From contig CAYVWX010000001.1 in the NCBI GenBank assembly GCA_964455635.1, forward strand, positions 1 through 61,861: DNA of 61,861 nt, read 5' to 3'. Position numbers and translations under genes: made by a program. This DNA is from an uncultured Lentimicrobiaceae bacterium. GTDB lineage: Bacteria; Bacteroidota; Bacteroidia; Bacteroidales; F082. The notes under the pieces are model-generated. The model made no database searches and had not been told where the DNA came from. It saw only the letters and a program-made list of their open reading frames with translations. Shown here one piece after another: positions 10,707 through 20,544 of the stretch. How positions within the stretch are numbered: the stretch's first letter is position 1; each line of letters begins with the position of its first letter.

Positions 10707-11684
10707 ATGAAAAAATTACTCTTTTTATGGTTCGTGTTTACCGGCACAATTACATGGGGACAGCAAATATCCTCACTGAAGATTTTAAGTAGTCGTTATT
10801 ACGATGATTTGCCATCAGCTTCCGGTGTTGAAATCTACAAAGGAAATGTTTATCTGGTTGCCGACGACCTTCCCCGGATGTTTGAGCTGGACATGAGGGG
10901 CCAAATTCTTCATCAATATCAAATTTCGGGTAATACAAAAATTGTTAATGGACGGACACCTAAAAATATAAAAGCCGATTTTGAATCTATGGCCATTGTG
11001 AAACAAAATAACCACGATTATTTATTGGTGCTCTCTTCCGGTTCGAAAAAAATAAAACGCGATACTGCTTATCTTTTTTCATTGGAAAACAAAAGGGTTG
11101 TGGCAAAAAAGAATATTCGAGGGTGGTACAATGCCATCAAAAAGAAAGCTGCAATGGCTGTTGCTGACGAAATAAATATTGAAGGTTTGGCTACTGCTCA
11201 CGGTAAAATATATGTAGCACATCGTGGTAATGTGTCGGGAAACTTTATTGCTTCTTCTTCATTAACTGATTTTATAAGTTATCTTTCCGGAGAAAGTAAT
11301 GTGGTTCCGGCTGTGGATATCTTTCTTTTTAAGTTACCTTTATACAACGGTTTAACAGCAGGGCTATCCGGGTTGTGTAGCACTTCAGACGATAGTGGAT
11401 TGTTGGTGACAGCCTCGCTTGAGTCAACGGATGATGTGGTTAACGATGGCAGCGTATTGGGGAGCTATCTGGGTTATATTCCATTTAAAACAATGGAAAA
11501 AGGTGTAATTTTTCTAACTCCTGTTGTTGGTGATAACCATAAAATGATTGCTAAAAAACAGGAGGGTATAACCGTCGTCAATGTTACTAAAAAAGGCCGT
11601 TATCGAGTTCTTACCGTTTGTGATAATGATGACGGTACTTCCGATATGTGGCAATTTTCTTTTGTATTGAGTGAAGGCAAATAG
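10707..11684 (+). CDS. secreted hypothetical protein (possibly a beta-propeller of the SdiA-regulated/phytase-like type)
   Basis: 325-aa ORF with N-terminal signal peptide MKKLLFLWFVFTGTITWGQQ. Repeated beta-strand-rich blocks (GVEIYKGNVYLVADD, IEGLATAHGKIYVAHRGN, EGITVV). The family assignment is a guess. Confidence 0.4.
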   Translation: MKKLLFLWFVFTGTITWGQQISSLKILSSRYYDDLPSASGVEIYKGNVYLVADDLPRMFELDMRGQILHQYQISGNTKIVNGRTPKNIKADFESMAIVKQNNHDYLLVLSSGSKKIKRDTAYLFSLENKRVVAKKNIRGWYNAIKKKAAMAVADEINIEGLATAHGKIYVAHRGNVSGNFIASSSLTDFISYLSGESNVVPAVDIFLFKLPLYNGLTAGLSGLCSTSDDSGLLVTASLESTDDVVNDGSVLGSYLGYIPFKTMEKGVIFLTPVVGDNHKMIAKKQEGITVVNVTKKGRYRVLTVCDNDDGTSDMWQFSFVLSEGK

Positions 11685-11747
11685 ATTGGGTAAAGGCTGC
11701 CTTATGAAAAGTACTATCTTTGAAATCGCAACGAAAAGGGAAAAGGT

Positions 11748-12857
11748 ATGTATCTGACAAAACTTAAGTTAATCAATTTCAAGAACTACGGGGAGGCAGA
11801 GCTGGAGTTTAGCAAAAAAATAAATTGCTTTACAGGTAACAACGGTGCCGGAAAAACCAATATCCTCGATGCAATATATTATCTTTCGTTTTGCAAGAGC
11901 TATTTTAATTTTGTTGATTCGCAAAACATAAAACATAAAGCTGATTTTTTTGCCATTCACGGAACCTATAAAAATCAAAATGAATTAAATGATTTGGTAA
12001 ACATCACGCAAAAGCGTAACAGCAAAAAGTCGTTTAAATTTAATAAAAAGGAGTACGAAAGGCTGGCCGACCACATTGGTAAAATACCGTTGGTGATGGT
12101 GTCGCCGTACGACCGCGACCTCATAAACGAAGGCAGCGATGTGCGGCGGAAATATATCGACGGGGTTATATCGCAGTTTGACAAAAATTACCTCGATAAC
12201 TTGTTGCAATATAACAAGGCACTTGCCCATCGCAATGCTTTGCTGCGCAGTTTTGCCGAAAACAGGCACTTCGATGCTTTTTCGCTTCAGATATGGGATA
12301 AAAAGCTGGTTGAATTCGGGCAGCCCGTTTTTGATAAACGGAAGGCTTTTTTGCAGGAGTTTAATCCCATCTTTGAAAAAAACTATCGTTTCCTGTCGGA
12401 AGGCAGGGAACAGGTTGAGTTGGTGTATGAGTCGCAACTGGCATTGGAACCGCTGGGAGCGCTGTTGGAAAAGTCGGTTGAAAAAGACAGAATGTTGCGC
12501 TACACCGGAAAAGGAGTTCATAAAGATGATTTGTTGTTTAAAATAGACGGCTATCCTATTAAAAAATTTGGCTCGCAGGGACAGCAGAAAACTTTTGTGG
12601 TGGCAGTTAAACTTGCTCAGTTTGAGTACATGAGAAAGGTTAAAAATTTTAAACCTGTTTTGCTGTTCGACGACATTTTCGATAAATTAGACCATCAAAG
12701 GGTAAACAAAATTATTCAGTTGGTAAGCAACGATAATTTTGGCCAGGTTTTTATTACCGATACCCAGTCGGAGCGCATCGAAGCAATTTTTGAGCAGGTG
12801 GATATCGATCATAAAATATTTATGGTAAAACAGGGAAACGTTAAATTATATAAATGA
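11748..12857 (+). CDS. recF: DNA replication and repair protein RecF
   Basis: 369 aa. Walker A GNNGAGKTN, signature GSQGQQKT, Walker B LLFDDI. Confidence 0.95.
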   Translation: MYLTKLKLINFKNYGEAELEFSKKINCFTGNNGAGKTNILDAIYYLSFCKSYFNFVDSQNIKHKADFFAIHGTYKNQNELNDLVNITQKRNSKKSFKFNKKEYERLADHIGKIPLVMVSPYDRDLINEGSDVRRKYIDGVISQFDKNYLDNLLQYNKALAHRNALLRSFAENRHFDAFSLQIWDKKLVEFGQPVFDKRKAFLQEFNPIFEKNYRFLSEGREQVELVYESQLALEPLGALLEKSVEKDRMLRYTGKGVHKDDLLFKIDGYPIKKFGSQGQQKTFVVAVKLAQFEYMRKVKNFKPVLLFDDIFDKLDHQRVNKIIQLVSNDNFGQVFITDTQSERIEAIFEQVDIDHKIFMVKQGNVKLYK

Positions 12858-13144
12858 CAAGCCGGCACGAATATACACTGGGCGATGCCATCAAAGAGGT
12901 GGTAAGTCGTCTTCGCATGAATCAAAAACTTGAAGAGGTAAATCTGATGTCGTCGTGGGAGCCTGTAGTGGGTTCGATGATAGCGCGCCATACCGATCAT
13001 CTCGCCGTCAAAAACGGCATCCTTTATGTTAACCTCGATTCGGCACCGCTGCGCAACGAGTTGATGATGGCGCGATCGAAAATTGTAAAGGCACTTAACA
13101 AGGAGGCCGGAAAAAAACTGATAAAAGATATTGTGTTCAGATAG
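12854..13144 (+). CDS. DUF721 (DciA-like) protein
   Basis: 96-aa ORF overlapping the recF stop by 4 nt (ATGA). This is the usual position of the DUF721 partner downstream of recF in Bacteroidota. Confidence 0.75.
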   Translation: MTSRHEYTLGDAIKEVVSRLRMNQKLEEVNLMSSWEPVVGSMIARHTDHLAVKNGILYVNLDSAPLRNELMMARSKIVKALNKEAGKKLIKDIVFR

Positions 13145-13235
13145 CTGAAAGATTTTCAGAACATGCTTGTTGTTAATTCTTACAATTTCTTATAATTGTA
13201 GTTTCTTTTAAGTACAACCGATAAGTTTCAATTTT

Positions 13236-14912
13236 ATGGCTAAAGCAAAAGAGGGTTGGGGATCGCGGATAGGTCTTATTCTTGCCATGGCAGGCAACGC
13301 CGTTGGGCTGGGTAACTTTTTACGCTTTCCCATTCAGGCGGTTCAAAACGGGGGAGGAGCGTTTATTATTCCTTACCTTGTTTCGTTTTTATTAATGGGA
13401 ATACCTTTGCTGTGGGTTGAATGGGCTATAGGCAGATATGGCGGCGTAAGAGGAAATCACTCATCACCTTTTATTATGGGCAGCATGACCAAACAACGGC
13501 TGTGGAAATACATTGGCGTTTTTGGAATTTTTACCAATCTGGGTATCCTCGCCTATTATACTTATATCGAGTCGTGGACACTTTCCTACACGTTTGGTTC
13601 CGTACTGCAAACATTCAACGGTTTAAGCTCTTCCGAAGTAAGCCATGTTTTTAATGAGTACGTGGGAATTAGCGGAGCTTCGGGCGATGGCAACCTGATT
13701 GTTAACCTCCCCCTGTTGGCTATTGTGGCCTTTATTATTACCCTTGCCATTAATGTTTATGTGCTGTCGAAAGGTCTTAGCGGAGGCATTGAAAAGGTGG
13801 CAAAAATAGCCATGCCTATGCTGCTTGTTTTTGGTATTTTTTTGGCTGTTATGGCTTTCTCCATCGGCGATACCGGTGAACCGGGATGTGCTACCTGTAA
13901 CTCGATGATTGGTTTTGACTTTTTGTGGAAGCCCAACTTCGACAGCCTTGGAAATCCCAAAGTTTGGCTGGCGGCGGCAGGCCAGATATTTTTTACCCTT
14001 TCGGTGGGAATGGGTACCATTCTTTGTTACGCAGCGTATGTTAAAAAAAATGAGGACATTGCATTGAACGCCATGACTGCCGGATGGATGAACGGCTTTG
14101 TGGAGATTGTTTTGGGTGCATCAATTGTAATTCCCATTGCCGTTGGATATATGGGCCTCGACTGGGTGAAAGACAACGCCGGTTTTATGATGGCCTTTAA
14201 AACCATGCCCTATCTGTTTGGTAAATGGGGACCGCTGCTGGCAAGCCTGGCAGGGGTGGCCTGGTTTGGACTATTGTTTATTGCAGGCATCACTTCATCC
14301 CTTGCCATGGGCACGCCGTGGATGGGTTTTGTGGAAGATGAGTTTAACTGGAGCCGTAAAAAAGGTGCTTATACACTGGGATTGCTGGTACTGGTGCTTG
14401 CCCTGCCAACCATTATCTTTTTTGAAGCCGGGGTTTTTGATGAGTACGACTACTGGACAGGAACCGTGGCATTGGTAATTTTTGCCGTTGCCGAAATCAT
14501 TCTGTTCGGATGGGTGTTTGGCATGGACAAAGGGTGGAACGAAATTACCGGAGGCTCCGACATTAAAGTTCCTAAAATATACAAACCCATCATAAAATGG
14601 GTTACGCCGCTTTTTTTGATTGTCATCCTGCTTTCATCGCTTATAAAACCTCTTAACGGGGAGGTGGCCGATTGGCAAACGGCTCTAAATCAATTGTTTT
14701 CAACCGGTACCTGGCCTTTTGCTTCCGACAGTATTATCGGGCAGATATTTCATGTTAATCAGCAGGTGGTTTGGTTTAACGACGGGGCACCTACGGTAAT
14801 GTTTGCCAAAGATATGTCGCGGCTGTTGCTGCTGTTAACCATTGTCGGCCTTTCGTATATGGTTCATATTGCCTCAAAAAAACGTAAATTAAAAACTCAA
14901 AAACAACAATAA
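13236..14912 (+). CDS. sodium-dependent transporter, neurotransmitter:sodium symporter (NSS/SNF) family
   Basis: 558 aa, multi-pass membrane protein with N-terminal WGSRIGLILAMAGNAVGLGNFLRFP motif. Confidence 0.9.
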   Translation: MAKAKEGWGSRIGLILAMAGNAVGLGNFLRFPIQAVQNGGGAFIIPYLVSFLLMGIPLLWVEWAIGRYGGVRGNHSSPFIMGSMTKQRLWKYIGVFGIFTNLGILAYYTYIESWTLSYTFGSVLQTFNGLSSSEVSHVFNEYVGISGASGDGNLIVNLPLLAIVAFIITLAINVYVLSKGLSGGIEKVAKIAMPMLLVFGIFLAVMAFSIGDTGEPGCATCNSMIGFDFLWKPNFDSLGNPKVWLAAAGQIFFTLSVGMGTILCYAAYVKKNEDIALNAMTAGWMNGFVEIVLGASIVIPIAVGYMGLDWVKDNAGFMMAFKTMPYLFGKWGPLLASLAGVAWFGLLFIAGITSSLAMGTPWMGFVEDEFNWSRKKGAYTLGLLVLVLALPTIIFFEAGVFDEYDYWTGTVALVIFAVAEIILFGWVFGMDKGWNEITGGSDIKVPKIYKPIIKWVTPLFLIVILLSSLIKPLNGEVADWQTALNQLFSTGTWPFASDSIIGQIFHVNQQVVWFNDGAPTVMFAKDMSRLLLLLTIVGLSYMVHIASKKRKLKTQKQQ

Positions 14913-14913
14913 T

Positions 14914-15018
14914 ATGAGTACCGATGCATTGCTATTTATGATTGCCGTTCAGGGAACGGTTACCGTTGTAACGGCTTATTTCTTTTTTAAGGTGCTTTTT
15001 AGTAAAAAAGAGAAGTAA
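14914..15018 (+). CDS. small single-TM protein, candidate NSS transporter small subunit
   Basis: 34-codon ORF (MSTDALLFMIAVQGTVTVVTAYFFFKVLFSKKEK) found by hand. Its ATG lies 1 nt after the NSS stop codon. It has one hydrophobic helix plus a basic tail and is followed by a hairpin. Confidence 0.45.
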   Translation: MSTDALLFMIAVQGTVTVVTAYFFFKVLFSKKEK

Positions 15019-15021
15019 CGT

Positions 15022-15044
15022 GTTTCGGGTTGCCAACCCGAAAC
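15022..15044 (+). terminator. terminator-like hairpin after the NSS operon
   Basis: Perfect 9-bp stem GTTTCGGGT/ACCCGAAAC with a 5-nt loop. There is no clear U-tract. Confidence 0.4.
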
Positions 15045-15075
15045 AGCATTGTTAAATTAAAAAATCAGAGTTGTA

Positions 15076-16002
15076 ATGGCCAAATTACCTGCCCGTGAAC
15101 GAACCATTATTAAGGCTTCCGGCATTGCCATTTGGGGCAACGGCTTTTTAGCAGTGGCTAAAATTGTGGTTGGCTTAATGGCGGGTAGCATGGCAGTGGT
15201 GGCTGACGGCATCGACTCGGGAAGCGATATATTAACGTCGGTTATTACCTTGTTAACGGCTCATATTATTGCCCATCCTCCCAACCCAAAATATCCGTGG
15301 GGCTACAAAAAGGCCGATACGGTAGCTGCCAAATTGCTGGCGTTTATCATATTTTTTGCGGGAGCCCAGCTGGCCATATCTGCCGTGGGTGCCTTGTTGC
15401 ACCCTTTAAACCGTGAAATTCCCGGAACAATTACCATTTACGTTATTGTTATTTCAATTATTGGTAAGCAACTGTTGGCAACCTATCTGAAAAAAGTTGG
15501 AAAACAGGTGGAAAGCACCATGCTGATTGCCAACTCAAAAAATATGCAAAGCGATGTGGTTATTTCGGTTTCGGTATTAACGGGACTGGCTTTTACCTTT
15601 ATTTTAAAAATGCCTGTATTGGATACTATTACCGCTTTTGCCGTTAGCATATGGATAATGGTTGTGGCTTTCAGAATTTTTATGTCAACCAACCGCGAAT
15701 TGATGGATGGTATTGAAGATACCGAAATCTATCGTACTATTATCGATACTGTTAATCTGGTTGACGGAGCACAAAATCCGCATCGTATCAGAGTGCGTAA
15801 AATTGCCAATCTTTGCGAAGTTACCCTGGATGTGGAAATTGACGGCAGCATTTCGCTTTCGGAAGCCCATAAAATTGCATCCTGTATTGAGGATGAACTG
15901 AAACGTAAAATTCCCCGTATTTACGATGTTATCATCCATACCGAACCCATTGGCAACATCGAACCCGATGAAGTTTACGGCGTGTCGGAGGATAAGATTT
16001 AA
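15076..16002 (+). CDS. cation diffusion facilitator (CDF) family metal efflux transporter
   Basis: 308 aa. Six N-terminal TM segments with a DGIDSGSD motif in TM2, plus a C-terminal cytoplasmic domain. Confidence 0.85.
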   Translation: MAKLPARERTIIKASGIAIWGNGFLAVAKIVVGLMAGSMAVVADGIDSGSDILTSVITLLTAHIIAHPPNPKYPWGYKKADTVAAKLLAFIIFFAGAQLAISAVGALLHPLNREIPGTITIYVIVISIIGKQLLATYLKKVGKQVESTMLIANSKNMQSDVVISVSVLTGLAFTFILKMPVLDTITAFAVSIWIMVVAFRIFMSTNRELMDGIEDTEIYRTIIDTVNLVDGAQNPHRIRVRKIANLCEVTLDVEIDGSISLSEAHKIASCIEDELKRKIPRIYDVIIHTEPIGNIEPDEVYGVSEDKI

Positions 16003-16081
16003 CTTGCCGTGATTATTATCGGCTTACTATTAACTTTTTGTTAATTTTGCGCTTTTATTAAACGTATCAAATAATTATCCT

Positions 16082-16762
16082 ATGAATGACAAGTGGGGAT
16101 TGTTTCAAAAATTTTTAATAACTCAGGAGCAGCAAATTTCGCTTCAGGATTTTTTGTTTAACGCCATTGTTTTATTGGTATTGGCGGTTATTTTGGAGTT
16201 AACTTATATTAAGTGTGCCAAAACCATCTCAAACCGGAAGCAGTTTTCGGCCAACTTTTTACTTATTTCGTTTACCACCATGCTCATTATCACCATTGTA
16301 AAATCGTCGCTGGCATTGTCGCTGGGTTTGGTGGGAGCTCTTTCCATTGTGCGTTTCAGGGCAGCCATTAAGGAGCCTGAAGAGTTGGCCTACCTTTTCT
16401 TTTCCATATCGGTAGGGCTTGGACTCGGTGCCAATCAAACCATGGTGGTGCTGGAAGCTTTTATTATAGGAATGGTGTTTGTTTGGGGAAGGTTCTTTAT
16501 AAAAGGTAAGTCAACCTGGCAAAACCTTTACCTGAATGTGTCGGGAACCCCTTCGGAGATTGACCTGAATAAAATTGTAGCCATCGTAAAAGATACCTTT
16601 GGAAAATATCAGCTAAAGCGTTACGATGAAAACGGAAAAGCCATTGAAGTTTCTTTTGTAATCGATTCGCCGAAACCTGAAAAACTACAGGATTTCAAAA
16701 CAAAAGTTAACACCATTTCGAGTGATGTGAAGGTTTCTTTTGTTGAAAGCAAATCGTTTTAA
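16082..16762 (+). CDS. DUF4956-like membrane protein
   Basis: 226 aa with four hydrophobic segments and a conserved-looking LSIVRFRAAIKEPEEL block. It sits 8 nt upstream of a VTC-domain gene, the usual pairing. Confidence 0.6.
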   Translation: MNDKWGLFQKFLITQEQQISLQDFLFNAIVLLVLAVILELTYIKCAKTISNRKQFSANFLLISFTTMLIITIVKSSLALSLGLVGALSIVRFRAAIKEPEELAYLFFSISVGLGLGANQTMVVLEAFIIGMVFVWGRFFIKGKSTWQNLYLNVSGTPSEIDLNKIVAIVKDTFGKYQLKRYDENGKAIEVSFVIDSPKPEKLQDFKTKVNTISSDVKVSFVESKSF

Positions 16763-16770
16763 CAGCCGTT

Positions 16771-17472
16771 ATGTTTTTTCCTCCTTTTAACCGCAATATT
16801 AGTCGCTACGAGCGAAAGTTTGTGGTATCCGATTTACATTATGCCGGCATATTACAGGAGGTACGCAATCATCCCGCGGCGTTTGGGGTTATTTTTCATC
16901 CCCGGTACATTAACAATATTTATTTCGACTCCAACGACCTTGATTTTTTTTACGACAATGTTTCCGGCAGAGGAAGCCGCAAGAAAGCACGAATAAGGTG
17001 GTACGGCGATTTAACCGGGCCGGTGGTAAAACCGGTGTTGGAGTTTAAGGTGCGCGAAGGGTTTTTGGGAAACAAACTGTCGTTTCCGTTAAAACCGTTT
17101 AACCTTGACGAAACCATAAATGCGGAAATGCTGAAACAGGTTTTTGCCCAATCAGATCTTCCAAAGTGGGCACATGAGGTGCTTTTGCATCTGAGCCCGT
17201 CGTTGTTAAACAGGTATCGAAGAGAATATTTTAGCACTTTCGACGAAAAGTTCAGGCTTACCATCGATAGCGATTTGTCGTATCATGCCATCGAACCGGC
17301 CCACAATACTTTTTTAAAAAGTTATGGATCCGATGATTTTATTGTGGAGGTAAAATACGATTTTGAGAACGACAAAGATGCTGATTTTGTAACCACGAAC
17401 CTGCCTTTCAGACTTACCAAAAGTTCAAAATATGTAAACGGCATGGAGCTGTTGCATCCGCAGCTGATGTAA
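16771..17472 (+). CDS. VTC-domain (polyphosphate polymerase / CYTH-like tunnel) protein
   Basis: 233 aa. N-terminal YERKFVV and C-terminal IVEVKYD strands typical of triphosphate-tunnel domains. Confidence 0.6.
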   Translation: MFFPPFNRNISRYERKFVVSDLHYAGILQEVRNHPAAFGVIFHPRYINNIYFDSNDLDFFYDNVSGRGSRKKARIRWYGDLTGPVVKPVLEFKVREGFLGNKLSFPLKPFNLDETINAEMLKQVFAQSDLPKWAHEVLLHLSPSLLNRYRREYFSTFDEKFRLTIDSDLSYHAIEPAHNTFLKSYGSDDFIVEVKYDFENDKDADFVTTNLPFRLTKSSKYVNGMELLHPQLM

Positions 17473-17479
17473 GGCAGGG

Positions 17480-18100
17480 CTAAAAAGCATATCCTATTCC
17501 GCCTTCAATTACCATGCCCGAGCCATAAACAAAATTGAGCATTTGTTTTGTCGCCGAAACGGGGTTGCCGCTGGTGATTTCGTAGTTGTTTGTTAAAACA
17601 ATGGCGTAACCAATATTAAAAATAGTGAAGAATCCCTTTTTTGCCATGTACTCGAAACCTGCTGAAAGCTGAAGAAACGGCGACTCTTTTACCAACACCC
17701 TGTACTTTGCATCGTTGTTTTCGTAATCGGTTAGCTCAAAGTCGGTTTTGGAGCCGAAACCATACATAAATCCCAGACCTGCAAATGGCGTAAAATTTTT
17801 AATGCTAAACAGGTACCTTGCTCTTCCGGAGAGCTTAACTCCTTCCGACGAAATACCTATACCGTAATCAATGCCGAGTTTTGGAGCTGCATAGGTTGTT
17901 ATAACCGGCCCTATTCCCGTAAGTCCGTTCCACCCGATGTCAAACCATACCGCGGTTTTTCTTGTTGCCCTGACAGGGAGTTGATCTTTTAACACCTGTT
18001 TCTCTTTTGTCAGGTTGTGATATTCGGTTTGGGCAAAAATCCGGTTTCCTGAAATAACAAGAAGTGCAGTAAAAATTAAAATGGCCGTTTTAAAGTTCAT
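17480..18100 (-). CDS. outer membrane beta-barrel protein, hypothetical
   Basis: 206 aa. Signal peptide ending AQ, alternating beta-strand pattern, C-terminal GIGYAF with terminal Phe. Confidence 0.5.
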   Translation of the reverse strand: MNFKTAILIFTALLVISGNRIFAQTEYHNLTKEKQVLKDQLPVRATRKTAVWFDIGWNGLTGIGPVITTYAAPKLGIDYGIGISSEGVKLSGRARYLFSIKNFTPFAGLGFMYGFGSKTDFELTDYENNDAKYRVLVKESPFLQLSAGFEYMAKKGFFTIFNIGYAIVLTNNYEITSGNPVSATKQMLNFVYGSGMVIEGGIGYAF

Positions 18101-18159
18101 GATGTGTTAATATTAAGATTGTTACAAGAATCATTTCCGTTTAACAATAAACAGCTTTA

Positions 18160-18612
18160 TTACCCCAACAGGCTTTTTACAATGTTTGATATTACTTTGT
18201 TGTCGGCTTTGCCGGCTAACTGTTTGGTGGCCATGCCCATTACTTTGCCCATGTCTTTCATGGTGGAGGCTCCGGTTTGGGCAACAATTTTTTCAACAAG
18301 GGTTTTAACCTCTTCTTCCGACATCTGTTCGGGCAGGTATTTTGTGATGATGGCAACCTGATACTCTTCCTCTTCGGCAAGCTCCGGGCGGTTTTGTTCG
18401 CGGTACAGAAGTGCAGATTCTTTACGTTGTTTAACCAGCTTTTGCAGCAGTTTTAACTCAACGCTTTCAGGAATTTCTCCGTCGGCTACATCTTTTCCGG
18501 TTTTTTCCAGCAGCAATGCGGCTTTAATAGCTCTTAAGGCTTCCAGCTTTTTTTTGTCCTTCGCCTTCATGGCCTCTTTCAGGTCGTTGTTTATTAATTT
18601 TTCCAGTTCCAT
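18160..18612 (-). CDS. GatB/YqeY domain protein
   Basis: The ORF track starts at 18639, but the conserved N-terminus MELEKLINNDLKEAMKAKD begins at the ATG at 18612. The helical YqeY-like sequence runs throughout. Confidence 0.85.
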   Translation of the reverse strand: MELEKLINNDLKEAMKAKDKKKLEALRAIKAALLLEKTGKDVADGEIPESVELKLLQKLVKQRKESALLYREQNRPELAEEEEYQVAIITKYLPEQMSEEEVKTLVEKIVAQTGASTMKDMGKVMGMATKQLAGKADNKVISNIVKSLLG

Positions 18613-18694
18613 AACAATATTATTAACGATGAGTAGCAAAGGTAATAAATATATGGATGTTGCTAATTTTTAAATACTGTTTGCTTTCATCATC

Positions 18695-18727
18695 AAAAAA
18701 AAAGGCAGCTCTTTTAACGGAGCTGCC
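18695..18727 (-). terminator. rho-independent terminator after ftsZ
   Basis: On the minus strand, GGCAGCTC-CGTTAAAA-GAGCTGCC followed by T9, located 35 nt after the ftsZ stop. Confidence 0.8.
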
Positions 18728-18761
18728 CGGGTGAGAAGAGTAACAATCTCACTAACCTAAT

Positions 18762-20447
18762 TTAATCTACATTGTCGTGTAAAAATGAATTTCCTTTGTT
18801 GATAACCGGATTGTTGTTGTCGTCGTTGCCCAGCGTGTAGCGCGAAATATTTTCTTCGGACGATGGTGTCCGGTTGTCAATTTCCACGTTACGGCGCTGG
18901 TAAGCCGGTATTTTTTCAAGCTCATTCAGGCTGGAATTTGTTAGCGAGCTTAATCCTTTTAACTTTTTGCGACGTTCGCTGGAAACTTTTAATTCGGGTT
19001 CCGGTGCCGGTTTGGAAGGTGGTTCCATGGTGTTTTCCACTTCAAACTCTACTTCTTGTGATGCCGCCGGTTCGTTTTCTGTAATATCTTTTACGGCAGG
19101 CTGCTCTTCTTTTACCGGTGTCTCCTGCTCTTTGGCAGCAGGGGTTTCAAACAGATTATGAATTTTTTTGGCTACGCCCGAAGCGGGAGTGGCACTTTCT
19201 GCCGGTGATGACAGATGATCCTCTTGTTTTTCTTTTTTCGTTTCTGCCTCTTTTTTTACCACAAGTACCGGTTCATCAATAGATGGTTTTTCAGTTTGTT
19301 TTTCAACAGACTCATCGGGAGGGGTAAAAACAGGCTCGGGGGCAGATTCGAGGTCGATGATAACTTTGTCCGGATTTTCTTCTGTCGTATGTTTCTTTTT
19401 GTCGAAACCGGTAGCAATAATGGTTACGCTGAGTGCTTCACCAAGGTTTTCATCGGTTCCGTTACCCCAAATAAGGTTGGCATCGTTGCCCGCCTGTCTT
19501 TGAATGTAGGTTGTTATCTCTTCAACCTCATCCATCATAAGCTCTTTGTTTCCGGTGATGATGTGCAGCAGGATGTCGCTGGCTCCTGCAATGTCGTTGT
19601 CGTCGAGTAAGGGAGAATTTAAGGCTTCCTGTACGGCCCGGCTTGAACGTTCTTCGCCTTCGGCCTGTGCCGAACTCATAATGGCCTTTCCACTTTCGTT
19701 TTCGGTCATAACGGTTTTAACATCCTCAAAGTCAACGTTAACGTATCCCGGAACGGTAATAAGCTCGGCGATACCTTTGGCTGCTGTTTTTAAAATGTCA
19801 TCGGCTTTGCCAAAGGCCTGTTTAAGCGACAGGTTGCCATATACTTCGCGAAGTTTGTTGTTGCTGATAACAATGAGGGTGTCCACATGGCCTTTAAGTT
19901 CTTCAATGCCTTTTTGCGCCAGATTTAAACGTTTTTGGCCTTCCCATTCAAAAGGAAGCGTTACAATGCCCACTACCAACACGCCCATTTCTTTGGCAAT
20001 TTGTGCAATAATGGGTGCTGCTCCGGTGCCGGTTCCACCCCCCATTCCGGCGGTAATAAACAGCATCTCGGTATCGCCCGACAAGGCCTCCTTTATCTGT
20101 TCGGCCGAGTCGAGGGCAGCCTGACGGCCCACATCGGGTTTTGAACCTGCTCCCAGCTTACGGTTGCCGAGTTTTACTTTTAAAGGAACCGGACTGTTGT
20201 GCAACGCCTGAGCATCGGTGTTGCAAACCACAAAATCGACCCCTTTAATGCCTTGCTTAAACATATAATTTACGGCATTGCCACCTCCACCGCCTATACC
20301 AACGACTTTTATGATATTGGGCAGCTCTTTCTGTTCAAATTCAATGGGGGCTTCCATTTCATTGTCGCTTTCAAAAACATCTTCATTTAGAGGTGTTTCC
20401 GGTTTGCGTTTCCCGTTTTCTTCAAATTGGATTAAATCAGAATTCAT
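18762..20447 (-). CDS. ftsZ: cell division protein FtsZ
   Basis: 561 aa. Tubulin signature GGGTGTGAAP and a long acidic/Pro-rich C-terminal linker. Confidence 0.97.
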   Translation of the reverse strand: MNSDLIQFEENGKRKPETPLNEDVFESDNEMEAPIEFEQKELPNIIKVVGIGGGGGNAVNYMFKQGIKGVDFVVCNTDAQALHNSPVPLKVKLGNRKLGAGSKPDVGRQAALDSAEQIKEALSGDTEMLFITAGMGGGTGTGAAPIIAQIAKEMGVLVVGIVTLPFEWEGQKRLNLAQKGIEELKGHVDTLIVISNNKLREVYGNLSLKQAFGKADDILKTAAKGIAELITVPGYVNVDFEDVKTVMTENESGKAIMSSAQAEGEERSSRAVQEALNSPLLDDNDIAGASDILLHIITGNKELMMDEVEEITTYIQRQAGNDANLIWGNGTDENLGEALSVTIIATGFDKKKHTTEENPDKVIIDLESAPEPVFTPPDESVEKQTEKPSIDEPVLVVKKEAETKKEKQEDHLSSPAESATPASGVAKKIHNLFETPAAKEQETPVKEEQPAVKDITENEPAASQEVEFEVENTMEPPSKPAPEPELKVSSERRKKLKGLSSLTNSSLNELEKIPAYQRRNVEIDNRTPSSEENISRYTLGNDDNNNPVINKGNSFLHDNVD

Positions 20448-20544
20448 ATTGTTACTCTTTGATGTAAAATTAAAAGGTTTTGTTTTTGTATTTTTACCTT
20501 GTTCATAAGGTTATTAACAGGTTGTCGTTAATTGCAAAGCCTTG

